A DNA stretch of 64,000 bases from Chrysomallon squamiferum (GCA_012295275.1 CM022670.1:41850001-41914000), one strand, 5' to 3'. Positions 25,379-40,325 are shown, counted from the first letter of the stretch. The notes: generated from the sequence alone by a model not told the origin. Translations and numbers: made by a program.

Positions 25379-26241
25379 CTGAATTAAAAATGAACTGAAG
25401 ATGTAAAGACACAAAAGATGCACACAAACATCCATACATACAAACACACACACATATATATATGCATACACCTACGTACATACATACATATATACATACA
25501 TACATATATACATATATAAATATATATACATACATTCATACATACATATGTACACACACACGTACATACATACACACATATATATATACATTCATACATA
25601 CATACACGTATACACACATTCAAACACAAACACATACATACATACATACACACGTAAAAAGACGCACACACACACTTATATATATATATACACATACACA
25701 ATCGTTTTACATTTGATATTATACGTGAATAAATTAAATACATAATAAATTATTTAAAACGGCTCACATTAAATATATTAATATTACCTTTAATAGTAGT
25801 CATCCATTATAACACAACATTATCAAAACACCCACCTGCCACGTTGACTAAGAAAAGTTTTGTAAAATTTCAAACATCGACGGTTGTCACAACATTCCTA
25901 GCTTCACTACGATCTTCAAGACCACGAAAAGAAAAATAACAAAACATTCTGACACCAAGAACTTGTTTGAGAACTTCCAGATTACTTTTTTATTTGAAAA
26001 TTACTTCTGAGGTGGGCTGTTCAGAGCAGACGAATTCTTTGTCTGTGAGATCAGACAGGCGCGGCGTTTGAGAGGAACAAAGCAGACGACAGCGTTTAGT
26101 TGATAACAGAAATCTTCCATTCACTTCGAACATAATAAACAAATCGATCGATAATTCACCGAGACCTGCAGGGGCGGTTCCAGATTTATTAGTCAGGGAG
26201 GCCGTAACTGAATTGAATAAATAAATGAATAAATAAGAATA

Positions 26242-26307
<66 letters not shown>

Positions 26308-26308
26308 G

Positions 26309-26385
<77 letters not shown>

Positions 26386-27550
26386 ACATTTGTTCACCTG
26401 CGAATAGTAAACAAATCAATCTTAAAATCCTGCAGAAGCACTTCTGAATATTCTGATGAGTGGGGGTTGTTTATTAATGAATTAACAGTATTTACTGAAT
26501 AACGTGATATAAATAAAAGTAGATACTGAAAATGTCATTGAACATGAAAAGGTTTTGAGGAGTCGGATCAATGCTTTTCACTGTGGTCGGGGAAACAGTG
26601 TCTACTCTAATGTTACACGTTGTTATCTACAAATTTAACTTATTTAGAAAACTTGCCACATAACGTCACTTAGTGCGTCCGATTATTATTATTATCATCA
26701 TCATCATCAGCATCATCATCATCATCATCATTATTATTATTGTTGTTGTTGTTGTTATTGTTATTATTATTAGTAGTAGTAGTATTGTCATTGTCACTAC
26801 TACTACTACTACTGCTGCTACTTCTACTAAAGATACTTGGAATTATGCAATATGACGTGACGTGTGTAAAATAGCACATAAGAACTATAACATCTTTAAA
26901 CAACAACAACAGCAACAACAACAACCAAAAAAATAATAATAATAATAAAAAAATAAAATAATAACACCTTTAAAATGACAGTGATATTTGACACGATTAA
27001 CAAATGTTTTCTTTAACACAAGTTTCGGTTTACATATGAACAGTAATTAATACGAATATACAACACAGAAGAACGAAGGGGGAGGGGGAGGGGATGTGTG
27101 ACACACACCTAGAAACGCTGCCTGAACGTGTTGAACATGAAGACCGGTGTTAAGTGAATTGTTTGGATATTGAAATATTATCCAGCAAATTCGTCACACC
27201 TGCTGCAATAGAACACTGGCTTTAAACACAGTAAATCACAGGGCAGACATTTTATGTAACCTTTACTGAGTGAAAGTATTTGTAATACAACTATACTGAG
27301 ATAATTCAAAAATACATTAAAATAATAAATAAATAAATGTATAAGTAAGTAAACAGGAAAGTAAATAAAAATAAGTAAATAAACGAGGAAGTAAACTGGG
27401 CATAAATAAATAGAAATTAAATAAATACATAAATAAATAAACAGTCATGCATGTTTATATGCTTATTTCATTAGTGATATATATATATTACCATTTTTAA
27501 TATTAATGCGTATTAATATATTTTAAGTGTATATGTTTATATGTAATCTA

Positions 27551-27618
<68 letters not shown>

Positions 27619-28093
27619 TCTATCTAACTACAGAACTAGAGTGGAAAACCGCTCCAGTGGCTGCTGTGCTGAATAATATAAACGGTCTGGCTGTGTGCGT
27701 GCGTGTGTGTGTAATGTGTGTGTGTAATGTGTGTGTGTGTGTGATAATAATTACACATTTATGTTTCATGTACAATGACAAACACACGACAGAGTATTTT
27801 ACAAAACTGTTATGAGCAACTGAGTGTAACGGGTAACAGTGTATCAGTGTGCTATACGACAACATTGCACAATCATGTGTGTGCGCGTGAGTGTATGTAC
27901 TCATCGGTGTGCATTTGCGAACAGCATACTTGTAAACATTATTGTCAAAAAAGGTAAAATCCATTAAAAAAAAAAAACAAATATAGATAAGAAAGAATGG
28001 ACGAAATAAATAAATAAATAAATAAATAAATATTAAGGAAACGGATTAGGTAAAACAATAGGATGTATTTTTATTCGTACCAGTTTATAGGTG

Positions 28094-28212
<119 letters not shown>

Positions 28213-28477
28213 GGCTAGTGAAAAAACCATGTACTAAAAATTATTATCAAGACAGTCCGGAAACAAACGAAGCATTCTCTCTGTGTCGTAAACGTCAATC
28301 TTATGACGTCACATGTCTGTGCTGATATAGAACATCCACCATGTTGTTATGTTTTTTTGTCATTTTGAAGAACAAATTAAAGTGAAAGAAAATAGGGAGT
28401 GAGAAAGAAAGAAAGAAAAAAAAAAACAACGAACGAAGAAATTAAACGAAGCAAATAAAATAACGAAATCATACAAC

Positions 28478-28593
28478 ATGGTGGAATGTTTCAAGGTAGA
28501 CCATCACCTGAAAACAAAGACCACGTTCACGGGTCAGAGAAAACTTTACAGATGTTGTCTTGCTGAGGCCAAAGCTTTGGGTCTAGACGTATG

Positions 28594-28624
<31 letters not shown>

Positions 28625-28643
28625 TCATCATGGTCATTATTAC

Positions 28644-28686
<43 letters not shown>

Positions 28687-28689
28687 TAA

Positions 28690-28768
<79 letters not shown>

Positions 28769-29458
28769 GAAAGAATGATGATGATGAAGATGATGAAGAA
28801 TTAAACATTTACTTTCAGGATGGACACATGTATGACACATACTTGCGTTTTCTTGATTTGAAAAAAGAATGGAATCCGGATTTTGAAAGTAAATATAACA
28901 TATACAATTCACTAAACAATTCATCTATATTTTAAAAATATAAAAAATAAAATTTACTGGCGAAATTAATTTCCCCCCTCGTAAATGTGTTTGGTTTATG
29001 CGTGCTTACATGTCAAACTTCTTGATACACCTTATCATACATTATTATTAATTATATTGATTAGACATATTAGTAGCCATTGAAATTTTACACATTTCTA
29101 TTAGATGATGTTTTTTTTCTCCAAAGCTGATATACTTTAAATAATTTATGTTTTGAACTTTAAAAATAGACAATAATAATTATATTTATATCGCAGCTTT
29201 GCCGGAAGTACCCGAACACCATGGATGCAAAGCGAAGATGTGCGACACGCGCAGATTACGTTATAACTTGGCGACGCCATGTTTTCCCGGCATGCCCAGT
29301 CAAGATCGTCTGCGTGCTTCATGTTATCAGTATTACCCGAGGAAACCGACGAAATATGTGCCAGAAAGGTTAGCAGAAATAATAAATAAATAAACAACAA
29401 CATATAGTTTTCTTGATTTGCATTTCAGAATTATTATAATTGCATGTTGGTGTCATAA

Positions 29459-29501
<43 letters not shown>

Positions 29502-30348
29502 TATAATTTTTAAATATATATATATATATTGAATTGAATGACAGAGAAAAAAACGGTCGTGGTATTTGCACATTCACTGACATTAAAATACACTTATTTA
29601 TTAAAGTTTAATAACAAAAAGGATTCCGACAAGCAAAAATAAAAATAGTTCACCAATAAAATAAAATAAAAAAAAATAAAAAAATAAAATAATAAAGTTT
29701 ATTAATAAATTTATTTTGACGAACATTTTAATGACGTTAGGAAACATTTATCAATACTCTACTGAAGGAGGCTTTTTGTTGTTATTTAAATATTTTATTA
29801 ATATTTTCATATTTCAGTCGTGATGTCATTTTCGCCAAAATGTTATAATCACAACAGCATGTAATTAGTTGTCAAGAAAACACTACATAACGCTGACATC
29901 GTTATTCAACAATAGACTGTAATCACTTATATTCGATATATTAATATCATAATTTATTTATTTATTTTTACATTCAACTCTGAATATTGTCAACAGTTTC
30001 ATGAACAAGCTGTGGACTGGTTTCTGTTTGAATCAACAGAGTCAGCTGCCGCTGACCACGGTGCTGGTAAGATGGCAGCTGAACCACACCGTGCAGAACT
30101 ACACCACGAAGGAAATTTACAACATCATGTCCGGCTTCGGCCCCGTCTCCGCCATCTACCAGACAAGCCCCAACAGCGCCCTCGTTGTGTTCGAGGAGGT
30201 GACGACTGCCTGCCGCGTCGTCTACAACCCCCAGCTGAGAATGTTACGTAATCGAATGCACTGTCACTGGTTCCATCGTTACATGGCCAACAAATCATTC
30301 TACACGACTAGGCAGGGACTGTCAGTGAAAACCAGTCCAGTCAATTAG
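28478..30348 (+). CDS. TEX56: TEX56/C6orf201-like (DUF4523, C-terminal RRM-like fold), 4 exons, about 234 aa
   Basis: Exons 28478-28588, 28819-28888, 29197-29368, 29997-30348 join with phases 0, 1, 2 (705 nt). The last exon LPLTTVLVRW...MSGFGPVSAIYQTSPNSALVVFEEVTTACRVV...MHCHWFHRYM parallels the DUF4523 pattern PPMSTIVVRW...LSAFGPIQSVT...SAIVVFED..SACKAV...CSWQQRFM (recalled). The true N-terminus may extend upstream. Confidence 0.7.
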
Positions 30349-30894
30349 CAGACAGCCTTGTTTTCAATTTACTGTGAAGAAATCCAGTTCAAGTCTAATA
30401 AGGATAATTTATTTTCTTAAAAATATTCTGTTTTTAATGTTGTGATCACATTTTTTATTTTATGATGATCATGATTGTATGTTTATTAGCAAGTCTGTTC
30501 TGTTGTGGTTGAGACATTAAATTTTATTAATTCATTATGCTAAAAATATCCTCATATTGTTCAATACATAATCATGATTGAGTTAAAAAGAAAAAAGAAA
30601 AAATCAGTTTATATTTTAGTGTTCTGAATTTATTCACTTTTTGTTCATGTATGCTGATTTTCAGTATGTACTAGTTTTCAACTGTTTTTATTAGAGTTAA
30701 TAATAGTGAAAAAAATAATTACTGTGAAATAAAATTTTATTTATACAATTATGCCTTAAAAAAGGGAAATAAATTAAATGAAAGCATTTGTTTTTGTCTC
30801 TTTTCTGTCAAAACTATAGTTGTGTTTAAGATACTGAAAGTCATATTTTATTTGTAGACTACAGTTAAATCAGTTTAAAAAACAATTTAATGCA

Positions 30895-30965
30895 TCTGTC
30901 TGACACCCAATAGCCAATCTGTTTTCATGCTGGGAGGCTATTAAACATTCATTCATTCATTCATT
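30895..30965 (+). mobile_element. SINE-like 3' tail remnant ending in (CATT)n
   Basis: CTGACACCCAATAGCC...TGCTGGGAGGCTATTAAACATTCATTCATT resembles a gastropod SINE tail recalled from memory. A more degraded piece (CCCAATAGCC) lies at about 23970. Confidence 0.45.
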
Positions 30966-32739
30966 AGTTGAAAAACAGTTTTAAGTTAATATTCATTCAT
31001 TCATTCATTCATTTAAAAACAGTTTTTAAGACTGCAGTTGGAACCCATAATCTTTTTAAAAAAACGAACAAAAGGAAAACAGAAATAAAAATGAAATAAA
31101 ATAAAATAAATAAATACAAAAATAAATAAGAAATAAAAATAAATCTGTTCTGTTATAAATAAAATATTTCTTTTTGGAACGAATGCATTCACAATTAAAG
31201 TGCTACTCTTCTAACATTCTGATCTGCTGTCAAAGTTTTGCTCTTGAGTATATTTTGATTAATAAATACTAACAATAATAAACAAAATATAAACATGAAC
31301 AACATGATGAAATCTTTAAAATTTATTGAATAATAAAAATATCTGGAAAGTGTTGCTCCATCTAAATATTCTCTTTTTACATAAAAATGTACAAACATTT
31401 AAACAAATTGTATATAAAATGTTTACAAAATAAAATATTGTTATCTAGTAATACTTGAACACAATTTAAGTTAATGATTAAATTATTTAATCTAGCAGCT
31501 ACTCCAAACAGGAAAAAAGTAGAAAAAAATTAAATTATTATTTTAATATTAAAGCAGTTAAAAAAAATACAAGAAAAATACAAGAAAAAAAAAAAAAAAT
31601 CCAATGAACAAAAAAATAAAGTAAATAAAACTTGAAAATTTTAAATTAACTGAAAAGAATATACAACATTTTTAGTGGTCAAATTAGGAAAAGGAAACAT
31701 TTAAGATTTGTATTCATTGTTACATGTATACTTAATAAAGACTAGATTTGAGGTTTGTGTAAAGAACAAAGTAGACACTATTACTGAGGTATGTGTAAAG
31801 AACAAAGTATACAATATTATTGAATCCATGCATCCACATAATGATTGATTTACTTAATAATGATGTAGATATTAAAAGTACATGATGTATAAGAAACTGA
31901 GTATTTTTAACTTGTTAAAATAAATTATGTAATTGTGTTTACTGTTTATTGTTGGCAGTGAAACATGAGCAGATTTCTCTTTTCAGCACAGAGTCAAAAA
32001 AAATAAAATAAATAACAAAAATAAAAATAAAATAATCAGTGGCCAGAAAGCATTTCAGTGTATAGAACAAAGCAGGGGTAAAAAAAAGTTATAATATGTG
32101 TGTGACCTACTAAATTTTCTAACACACTGGTCATTACTGAAGACTAGGTCAAGGTCCTATTTAAATCAATAGTTATGTACAATACAGAAATCAGAATTAC
32201 TGGAGGTACACATTCAAACTCAACCACATATACACCGCCAGTGCAAATCATTGTGACATCATGCAGTGCCATTGCAACAGGATACAATTATAACATAAAC
32301 TTGACTAATTTTCAAATGAAGTTTTACAAAAAAGATTTAAATTTGAAACTGGAAAGACAGACTAATGTCTTCTCTGAATACAAACACAATCCTGATTAAA
32401 AAAATAACTAGGAAAAATAAACATTTCTTAAAAATAATTTACAAAGATCACAATTCGAATTTTTTAACAAAATATTTCTTTTTCACCTGCATTCTTTAAT
32501 TAACACATTAAAAAAAAAAGATTTAACACAGCACAGCTTTCTCTTCACTGTCATGAAGTAAAATTTATATAAATATTTAAATTGAAATCAACCTTTTACA
32601 TTGGATTTTATAATTTAATGCATTTATTAAAAATTACATCAGTGTATTTAAATATATATATATTATTAACCATTCATTTGTTTCACATTATCAGCTGTAA
32701 ATTATCTCTCAATGAACTCTGACCCTCTAATTTGCATAT

Positions 32740-35149
32740 TTACTTAATTTTTACAAATGTTGGACTGGTTGCCACTCCGCAGATGTTGTCTTTTTGAGCT
32801 ATGAGTACGTAGCCGTCGTTTCCCCAGTATGTAGACCATGAGTTCTTGATGAGCCAGTACGCTTGACCATTGAGCACCCCATACCCAACCAGCAGCACAG
32901 AGTGGTCCAGGTCATCAGGCTTGTTACCTGTAATAATACGTTTAATAATCAAATCAGCTAGTGTGTTACCTGTAAACAAATAATCAAATCAGCTAGTATG
33001 TTACCTGTAAACAAATAATCAAATCAGCTAGTATGTTACCTGTAAACAAATAATCAAATCAGCTAGTATGTTACCTGTAAACAAAGTTTAATAATCAAAT
33101 CAGCTAGTGTGTTACCTGTAAACAAAGTTTAATAATCAAATCAGCTAGTATGTTACCTGTAAACAAATAATCAAATCAGCTAGTGTGTTACCTGTAAACA
33201 GTATGTACAGGTGTTAATAAATTTAAAAGTTTAATAATCAAATCAGCTAGTGTGTTACCTGTAAACAAATAATCAAATCAGCTAGTGTGTTACCTGTAAA
33301 CAGTATGTACAGGTGTTAATAAATTTAAAAGTTTAATAATCAAATCAGCTAGTGTGTTACCTGTAAACAGTATGTACAGGTGTTAATAAATTTAAAAGTT
33401 TAATAATCAAATCAGCTAGTGTGTTACCTGTAAACAAATAATCAAATCAGCTAGTGTGTTACCTGTAAACAGTATGTACAGGTGTTAATAAAAAAAGTTT
33501 AATAATCAAATCAGCTAGTGTGTTACCTGTAAACAAACAGGTGTTAATAAATTTAAAAGTTTAATAATCAAATCAGCTAGTGTGTTACCTGTAAACAGTA
33601 TGTACAGGTGTTAATAAATTTAAAAGTTTAATAATCAAATCAGCTAGTGTGTTACCTGTAAACAAATAATCAAATCAGCTAGTGTGTTACCTGTAAACAG
33701 TATGTACAGGTGTTAATAAATTTAAAAGTTTAATAATCAAATCAGCTAACCTGTAAACAGTATGTACAGGTGTTAATAAATTTAAAAGTTTAATAATCAA
33801 ATCAGCTAGTGTGTTACCTGTAAACAGTATGTACAGGTGTTAATAAATTTAAAAGTTTAATAATCAAATCAGCTAGTGTGTTACCTGTAAACAGTATGTA
33901 CAGGTGTTAATAAATTTAAAAGTTTAATAATCAAATCAGCTAGTGTGTTACCTGTAAACAGTATGTACAGGTGTTAATAAATTTAAAAGTTTAATAATCA
34001 AATCAGCTAGTGTGTTACCTGTAAACAGTATGTACAGGTGTTAATAAATTTAAAAGTTTAATAATCAAATCAGCTAGTGTGTTACCTGTAAACAAATAAT
34101 CAAATCAGCTAGTGTGTTACCTGTAAACAGTATGTACAGGTGTTAATAAATTTAAAAGTTTAATAATCAAATTATTAACTGGAGTGCTTGTATAAACATG
34201 GACTCATTTGTATCAGTCTACAGAAGAAACTTTAGATTTTTAGCTGTTTTTTGTCTCATATTATTATTGTTTTATTCTGTCGATACTTTTCACACACGAT
34301 CATCTTTTCATAGCCTACATCATACTGAGTTGTTAGTTATCAGGTTATCTAGACTGCTATAACAACAAATGTATAGAGTTTGACATTAAACTCAGTTACT
34401 GCAAAAATAAAAGATTTCACTCACCACATGTTGGATCGTAGAAAACTCCATTAGCATAGAAAGAAAGTGATTTGAGAGCAGCATCAATGCTCACAGAAAT
34501 TGGACCTTCATTGGCCAGTGCAAGCTTCAGATCTTGAGGTGAGTCTGGAGTCACATTGACATAGCCACTGAGACTGACCACTGGCTTGACACTGTCCGAG
34601 TGACAACGACCATCCTGTCAAATTTAAAAACACTCATGCTGACTTTTGTACGATGTGAGAAACAGAAAACAGAAGGCAAGAAACTTGTAATATTTGAACA
34701 CTAAATATTTAAAGACTCAGTCTGTAATGGAAGTTTTTAAACATCAACCTGGACAGTGCGTGTGCAGTTTTGTGATTTGTACAAAACAGATCTAACAGCT
34801 TGCTGTTACAAGAAGAAAACAACAGACCTGTGCCAGATACTGTCCATACTGATCTTCTGTCGTTATTCCTCCAGATTTCATTATCCACATGTAGGAGCGG
34901 AAGTCTTCCCCACCATCACACCCATTGTTCCCCTCCCCCCACGAACAATCCATCAACTCCTGCTGGGAAAGTCGTACAAGATTTCCTGTCTGTCAGAACA
35001 TTCAAATAATTTATATAAGTCTTGCATGCAAACAACAACAAAAACACAACCCACAACAACAACAACAACAACAACAACAATACACACAACAACAACACAA
35101 ACAACACACACCCCATAACAACAACACACACAACCCACAACAACAACAC

Positions 35150-35188
<39 letters not shown>

Positions 35189-38100
35189 CCACCACCAACA
35201 AACAACTAACAACTAAATAAAAGAAACCAATCAACTAACAAAGAACACTGAGAAAGAGTGAGGAAGCTGGGATGTGTGAAGAGAAAGAGGAGGAAGGGAG
35301 GAGTTGTTGTAGAGATGTTAATAAAGACACCTTCAGGAAGTAGGCTCCCTCGATTGTCCCAGTTGTTCCAAAACTCCAACATGAACCACACACAGCCTGG
35401 TCCTTCACAGGAGTCACAGCACCTACAACATCGACAATAACATAATTACACCTACAACATCGACAATAACATAATTACACCTACAACATAGACAATAACA
35501 TAATTACACCTACAACATAGACAATAACATAATTACACCTACAACATAGACAATAACATAATTACACCTACAACATCGACAATAACATAATTACACCTAC
35601 AACATAGACAATAACATAATTACACCTACCAACATAGACAATAACATAATTACACCTACAACATAGACAATAACATAATTACACCTACAACATAGACAAT
35701 AACATAATTACACCTACAAGATAGACAATAACATAATTACACCTACAACATAAACAATAATGTAATTACACCAACAACATAAACAACATAATTACACCTA
35801 CAACATAAACATAATTACACCTACAACATAAACATAATTACACCTACAACACAAACTATAACAATTACACCTACAACATAAACAATAACATAACACGACA
35901 AACAATAACATAATTATACCTACAACATAAACAATAACAATTACATCTAAAGCCTATCATTATAAACACTAGAAAGTATTAAAAGTTGACAGACACTAGA
36001 AAGTATTAAAAGTTGACAAACACTAGAAAGTATTAGAAGTTGACAAACACTAGAAAGTATTAGAAGTTGACAAACACTAGAAAGTATTAGAAGTTGACAG
36101 ACTCACCGTACAGTCTCCAGTCGATCTGGTCGGGTAGACTTGCAAGGCTGTACTTGGACCTGTTGAAGGGGAGACCACCATGGTTAGGCGTGTACCTGTA
36201 ACCTCTCATCAACTTCAACTCACCCTCACTGAGGTCAGCAAGGTGATTGACAGCCAGGGTGAAGGTCAAGCCAGCTCGATTCTTTGAGTTAATGTATCTG
36301 TCAGAAAATAAATTGGAAATGTTATTATTGTAGATTATTTTATTTTTTATTATGTGGTTTGAATAATATACTGTGGTAAGATTATTATTTTATTATCATA
36401 AAGGAATAATTAGTGTTTGTTGAATGTTGTTCAACCTGCATGTGAAAATAATTATAATCAAACATCCAATATTACATACAAGAGTAGATAAATTGGCCTT
36501 GCCCTGACTTTGGTTTTACTGAGTGGAAAGTCAACAGGACTGCTTAAAATGTTTATCCATACACTGAAATGTATTATTAATATTTGTATATTTAACAGCT
36601 ACCTGACATTTTGTCTGAAAGTCTGTTTGCGAAGTTCATGTTCTTTGTGAGATGAATACACTTTTTTGTGAAGTTTTTTGAAGTTTTCAAATGTTTCGTG
36701 TACGTGGTCATCGTAGTTGTTGATGTATTCATGCATTGGGTTCATCAGTACTCGCTGACTCTTGTCACCCGGACCGGGAAATCCAGAGCAAGTCATGTCT
36801 GAAATAAATACCAGTTTACTGCAAGTTACACATTCATTCATTGCTTATGTTATAACAGTATATTTTGTGCTTCAGTCCCAGTCTGTGAACCTGTATGTTG
36901 TATGATATACAGCTGTAAGCATGCAATGAGTGATAATCGTGAAACAAAGGCACTCTGCGGTTTCAAAGACAATTAAAAACTAATTTTCTGAAGTAAACAG
37001 TGTTTTTAAATATAAAACTTACTTTTGGGCACATTAAACTGACTTTCTGGGATGAATGGGTTCTTGCTGAAAGTGTTGTAGTCGAGGATGTACTTGTCAA
37101 AGTGAGATCCCAGCAGCGAGTCGTAACCCATCATCATGTACCTGACCGGCCTCTGTGATGCTACCTCAACCCACATCGTGTACGTGCTCGTCTTCCTCCC
37201 CTCAACATCAACATACACCCACTTCTCACACTGAACTCCCAACACCGGCTCCACTCCAACTTTCTAAACATGTAAATATATAAACATTTAAATATATAAC
37301 AATATAAATATATAAATATAAATAAATAAATAAACAACCATGTACTAACACATCTCATATGAAATACTCTATCTATAAATAAATATCTACTCTTATCTTT
37401 TTTACTCATAGATAATACAGTATTATAGATAATATACATTATTATAATATTACAGATAATGCACAGTATTATCTCTGACAAAACCCAAAGACCAGTCATG
37501 TACCTGACATCGACAAACTGACTGTACATACATATGTCTGTGTTGTGTCCATGTATGTACTTATACGTACTTTAAACTTGGCTAGATTGGGCAAAACACT
37601 CTGTATTGTCACAGTGGCAGTCTCTGTTCCATTAACTACAAAGCATGAGTCTTTGTTTTTCACAGTGTATGTTGTCATTGGTGCTAGTTTGTATGTCTGT
37701 CCAAATGGTTTTATGTCCCCTCTCTGAATCGAAACCACCATACCTAGTGAGAATTTAATAACAAAATCAAGTATTTAACTAAAACAATGAGAAAGGTATA
37801 AACTAGTGAGAATTTAATAATAAAATCAAGTATTTAACTAAGACAGCAAGAAAGGTATAAACTAGTGAGAATTTAATAACAAAATCAAGTATTTAACTAA
37901 GACAATGAGAAAGGTATAAACTAGTGAGAATTTAATAATAAAATCAAGTATTTAACTAAGACAGCAAGAAAGGTATAAACTAGTGAGAATTTAATGATAA
38001 AATCAAGTATTTAACTAAGACAATGAGAAAGGTATAAACTAGTGAGAATTTAATAACAAAATCAAGTATTTAACTAAAACAATGAGAAAGGTATAAACTA

Positions 38101-38818
38101 GTGAGAATTTAATAACAAAATCAAGTATTTAACTAAAACAATGAGAATGGTATAAACTAGTGAGAATTTAATAACAAAATCAAGTATTTAACTAAAACAA
38201 TGAGAAAGGTATAAACTAGTGAGAATTTAATGATAAAATCAGGTATTTAACTAAGACAATGAGAATGGTATAAACTAGTGAGAATTTAATAATAAATTCA
38301 AGTATTTAACTAAAATAATGAGAAAGGTATAAACTAGTGAGAAATTCATATTAAAATCAAGTATTTAACTAAGATAATGAGAATGGTATAAACTATTGAA
38401 AAATTAATAATAAAGTATTTAACTAAGACAATGACAATGGGTTAATTATAAAACAGTAAAATTAAATTACTAATAGCTGCTATAGGAGTGAATGGTATTT
38501 GTTTCTGTGATGTTAAATGGAGTTAGTCATCATACAAGTGTGCACTGTTAACGAGTTTCTGGCACAGCTGTTTATCACAGAGTAGGAAAACAAGGTTGTT
38601 GTGATAAAATCTGCACCAGACTGCTGTCAGTTGACCAGTTTTTCTCAACTGATTTCCTGATCTGTACATTTCAAGTCAGTTAGATGAACAATGATATTAA
38701 AAACATCTCGATTCAAAAATTTAATGCACATGTATGCAGATATCCAATAAAACACACAAACACTCACACACATGCATACATTCACACACAACACATATAC
38801 ATACATACATACATAAAT

Positions 38819-38850
<32 letters not shown>

Positions 38851-38939
38851 CCACTTCCACACATGAATTGACAGACATGCTATATACACATGTAAAATAT
38901 AAAACGTAGAAACAACACAAACACACTGAAAGATGTTAC

Positions 38940-38970
<31 letters not shown>

Positions 38971-40299
38971 GTGTGAATTCTAATTTACTTCTGTGTCCTT
39001 CAGTCATCAAAAATAATTACTCTGTGTGTGTGTGTGTGTGTAAAAACTGTTTATATGTTTGATTTGCTGTGTTTCTGATATCAATATTCAACTAAAGAAT
39101 TTTTATTCTAATAAAAAAGTACTCATATCGATGAGCAGAACAGTTTAGAAGAAATGGTTGTGTAATGGAAATGTACAAAATGAACACAACCACATACACA
39201 CCCTTATCAAACATCAATATATCTAGATATTATTATTATTATTATTTTAAAGTTAAAACAGAAACCAGTTATTTATAGTAGTGAATTTTTCAGCAACTCA
39301 CCTCCATAGTAGTCAATTCTGCTTCTGTTGTTGCTAGAATCGTAGTATGCAGTGAATGGTTCTTCGATTTCTGCATATGGAAGTTGTAACAAACCATTTA
39401 CAGTGTACGACTTGCCAAAGTCAGGAGTGGTCGCACCAAAACAGCCTCCTGCAAAAACATTTAACACTTTTAACACTGTCTGGTAATCACAGAATGAAAA
39501 TGCTTTCATTTTCCTTATTTATTTAGTATTGTTTTTAAATCTTTATAATTTTCTTCTTTTTGTTTTCTTTTAAAAAAAATGTCTACTTAAAATTATAATT
39601 CATTTTTTTTTTTTTCATTTTTACACAACAGAAATACTGAAGATAAAAAGCGAATAATGTATTAATATAATTAATTTTTTTATTAACATGTAAAGTTCAC
39701 TATTATTATTATTATTTAATTCTGGTATACTAATATTTATTTTATAATTGTATTATTATCCTGTACAAAGAATAACAATTTATGGTTCCATTTTTATTTA
39801 AGATAGTGGAATTTCTTATTATTAATTTTTCTTTATTTTATTTTATTTTGCATAGGGAAATATATATATATATAAAAGAAAAAAAAAAAAAAGAAAAGAA
39901 TAAAAGAAGTTATGAAACTGGTATTTATCAATTCAGAAACGATTTAAAACTGCTACTATAAGTTATACAAAGGTAGGTAACAGTCCTCATTAAACATTTA
40001 CAAAAATCTGTTATTTGCTTTAAAAAATAATAAGTTATTTTGTTATTACTATCATCATGATTAACAATTTTGTTTTTAAAACACTTTTCTATCCAGGAAG
40101 AATTATTCAATGTAAGCAAACACTTCCTGCCGAAGTGGCACTAAATGCGATAATGGCAGGATGCAAGATATATTAACATTATATCGTTTCACTTAAGTCG
40201 AAATTTATGCCGCTTAAGTTCAGTTTTTAATAAGTAGTATTTCAAAAATTTACCTATAAACACGAGGAGCAAACACACAGCACACGCTTTCTCAACCAT
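32740..40299 (-). CDS. Papain-family (C1A) cysteine protease of the 26/29-kDa proteinase / counting factor associated protein D type, 10 exons, 541 aa
   Basis: Exons on minus: 40299-40254, 39448-39302, 37743-37571, 37263-37023, 36798-36603, 36297-36107, 35422-35331, 34989-34828, 34614-34425, 32927-32740; total 1626 nt, all phases consistent. Signal peptide [17 protein letters not shown]-terminal extension ([39 protein letters not shown]), I29 prodomain, catalytic [15 protein letters not shown] and KNSW motifs intact. Confidence 0.95.
32940..34171. repeat. 35/67-bp compound minisatellite, more than 20 units, beside the last-exon acceptor of the protease
   Basis: Plus-strand core AATAATCAAATCAGCTAGTGTGTTACCTGTAAAC, with optional AGTATGTACAGGTGTTAATAAATTTAAAAGTTT. 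Confidence 0.95.
35420..35942. repeat. 29-bp minisatellite, about 18 copies, overlapping the acceptor of protease exon 7
   Basis: Unit CACCTACAACATAGACAATAACATAATTA; it degenerates with distance from the exon. Confidence 0.95.
35967..36102. repeat. 27-bp minisatellite, 5 copies, abutting the donor of protease exon 6
   Basis: Unit CACTAGAAAGTATTAGAAGTTGACAAA. Confidence 0.92.
37744..38440. repeat. 59-bp minisatellite, about 11-12 copies, starting exactly at the acceptor of protease exon 3
   Basis: Unit CTAGTGAGAATTTAATAACAAAATCAAGTATTTAACTAAAACAATGAGAAAGGTATAAA. Confidence 0.95.
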
Positions 40300-40315
40300 C
40301 TTGGCCGGGTCTACT

Positions 40316-40325
40316 ATCACGTGAC
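40316..40325 (-). promoter_or_regulatory. CLEAR-like E-box (GTCACGTGAT on minus) just upstream of the protease start codon
   Basis: TCACGTGAC at 40317-40325, 17 nt from the ATG, inside a CpG-rich patch. Partial sites ATCACG (~40328) and GTCACGAG (~40342) follow. The CLEAR consensus GTCACGTGAC is bound by MiT/TFE factors. Confidence 0.6.

Noticed and set aside
25836-26210. Candidate upstream coding exon of the triple-repeat gene
   Set aside because: The listed ORF stops at 25990 and no convincing frame reaches the donor near 25836. CAGGGGCGGTTCCAG at about 26169 looks like a repeat terminus. It could still be 5' UTR.
27775-27957. 60-aa ORF as first exon of the TEX56-like gene
   Set aside because: A donor-like site exists at about 27953, but I found no convincing in-phase acceptor before 28478 and no recognisable homology.
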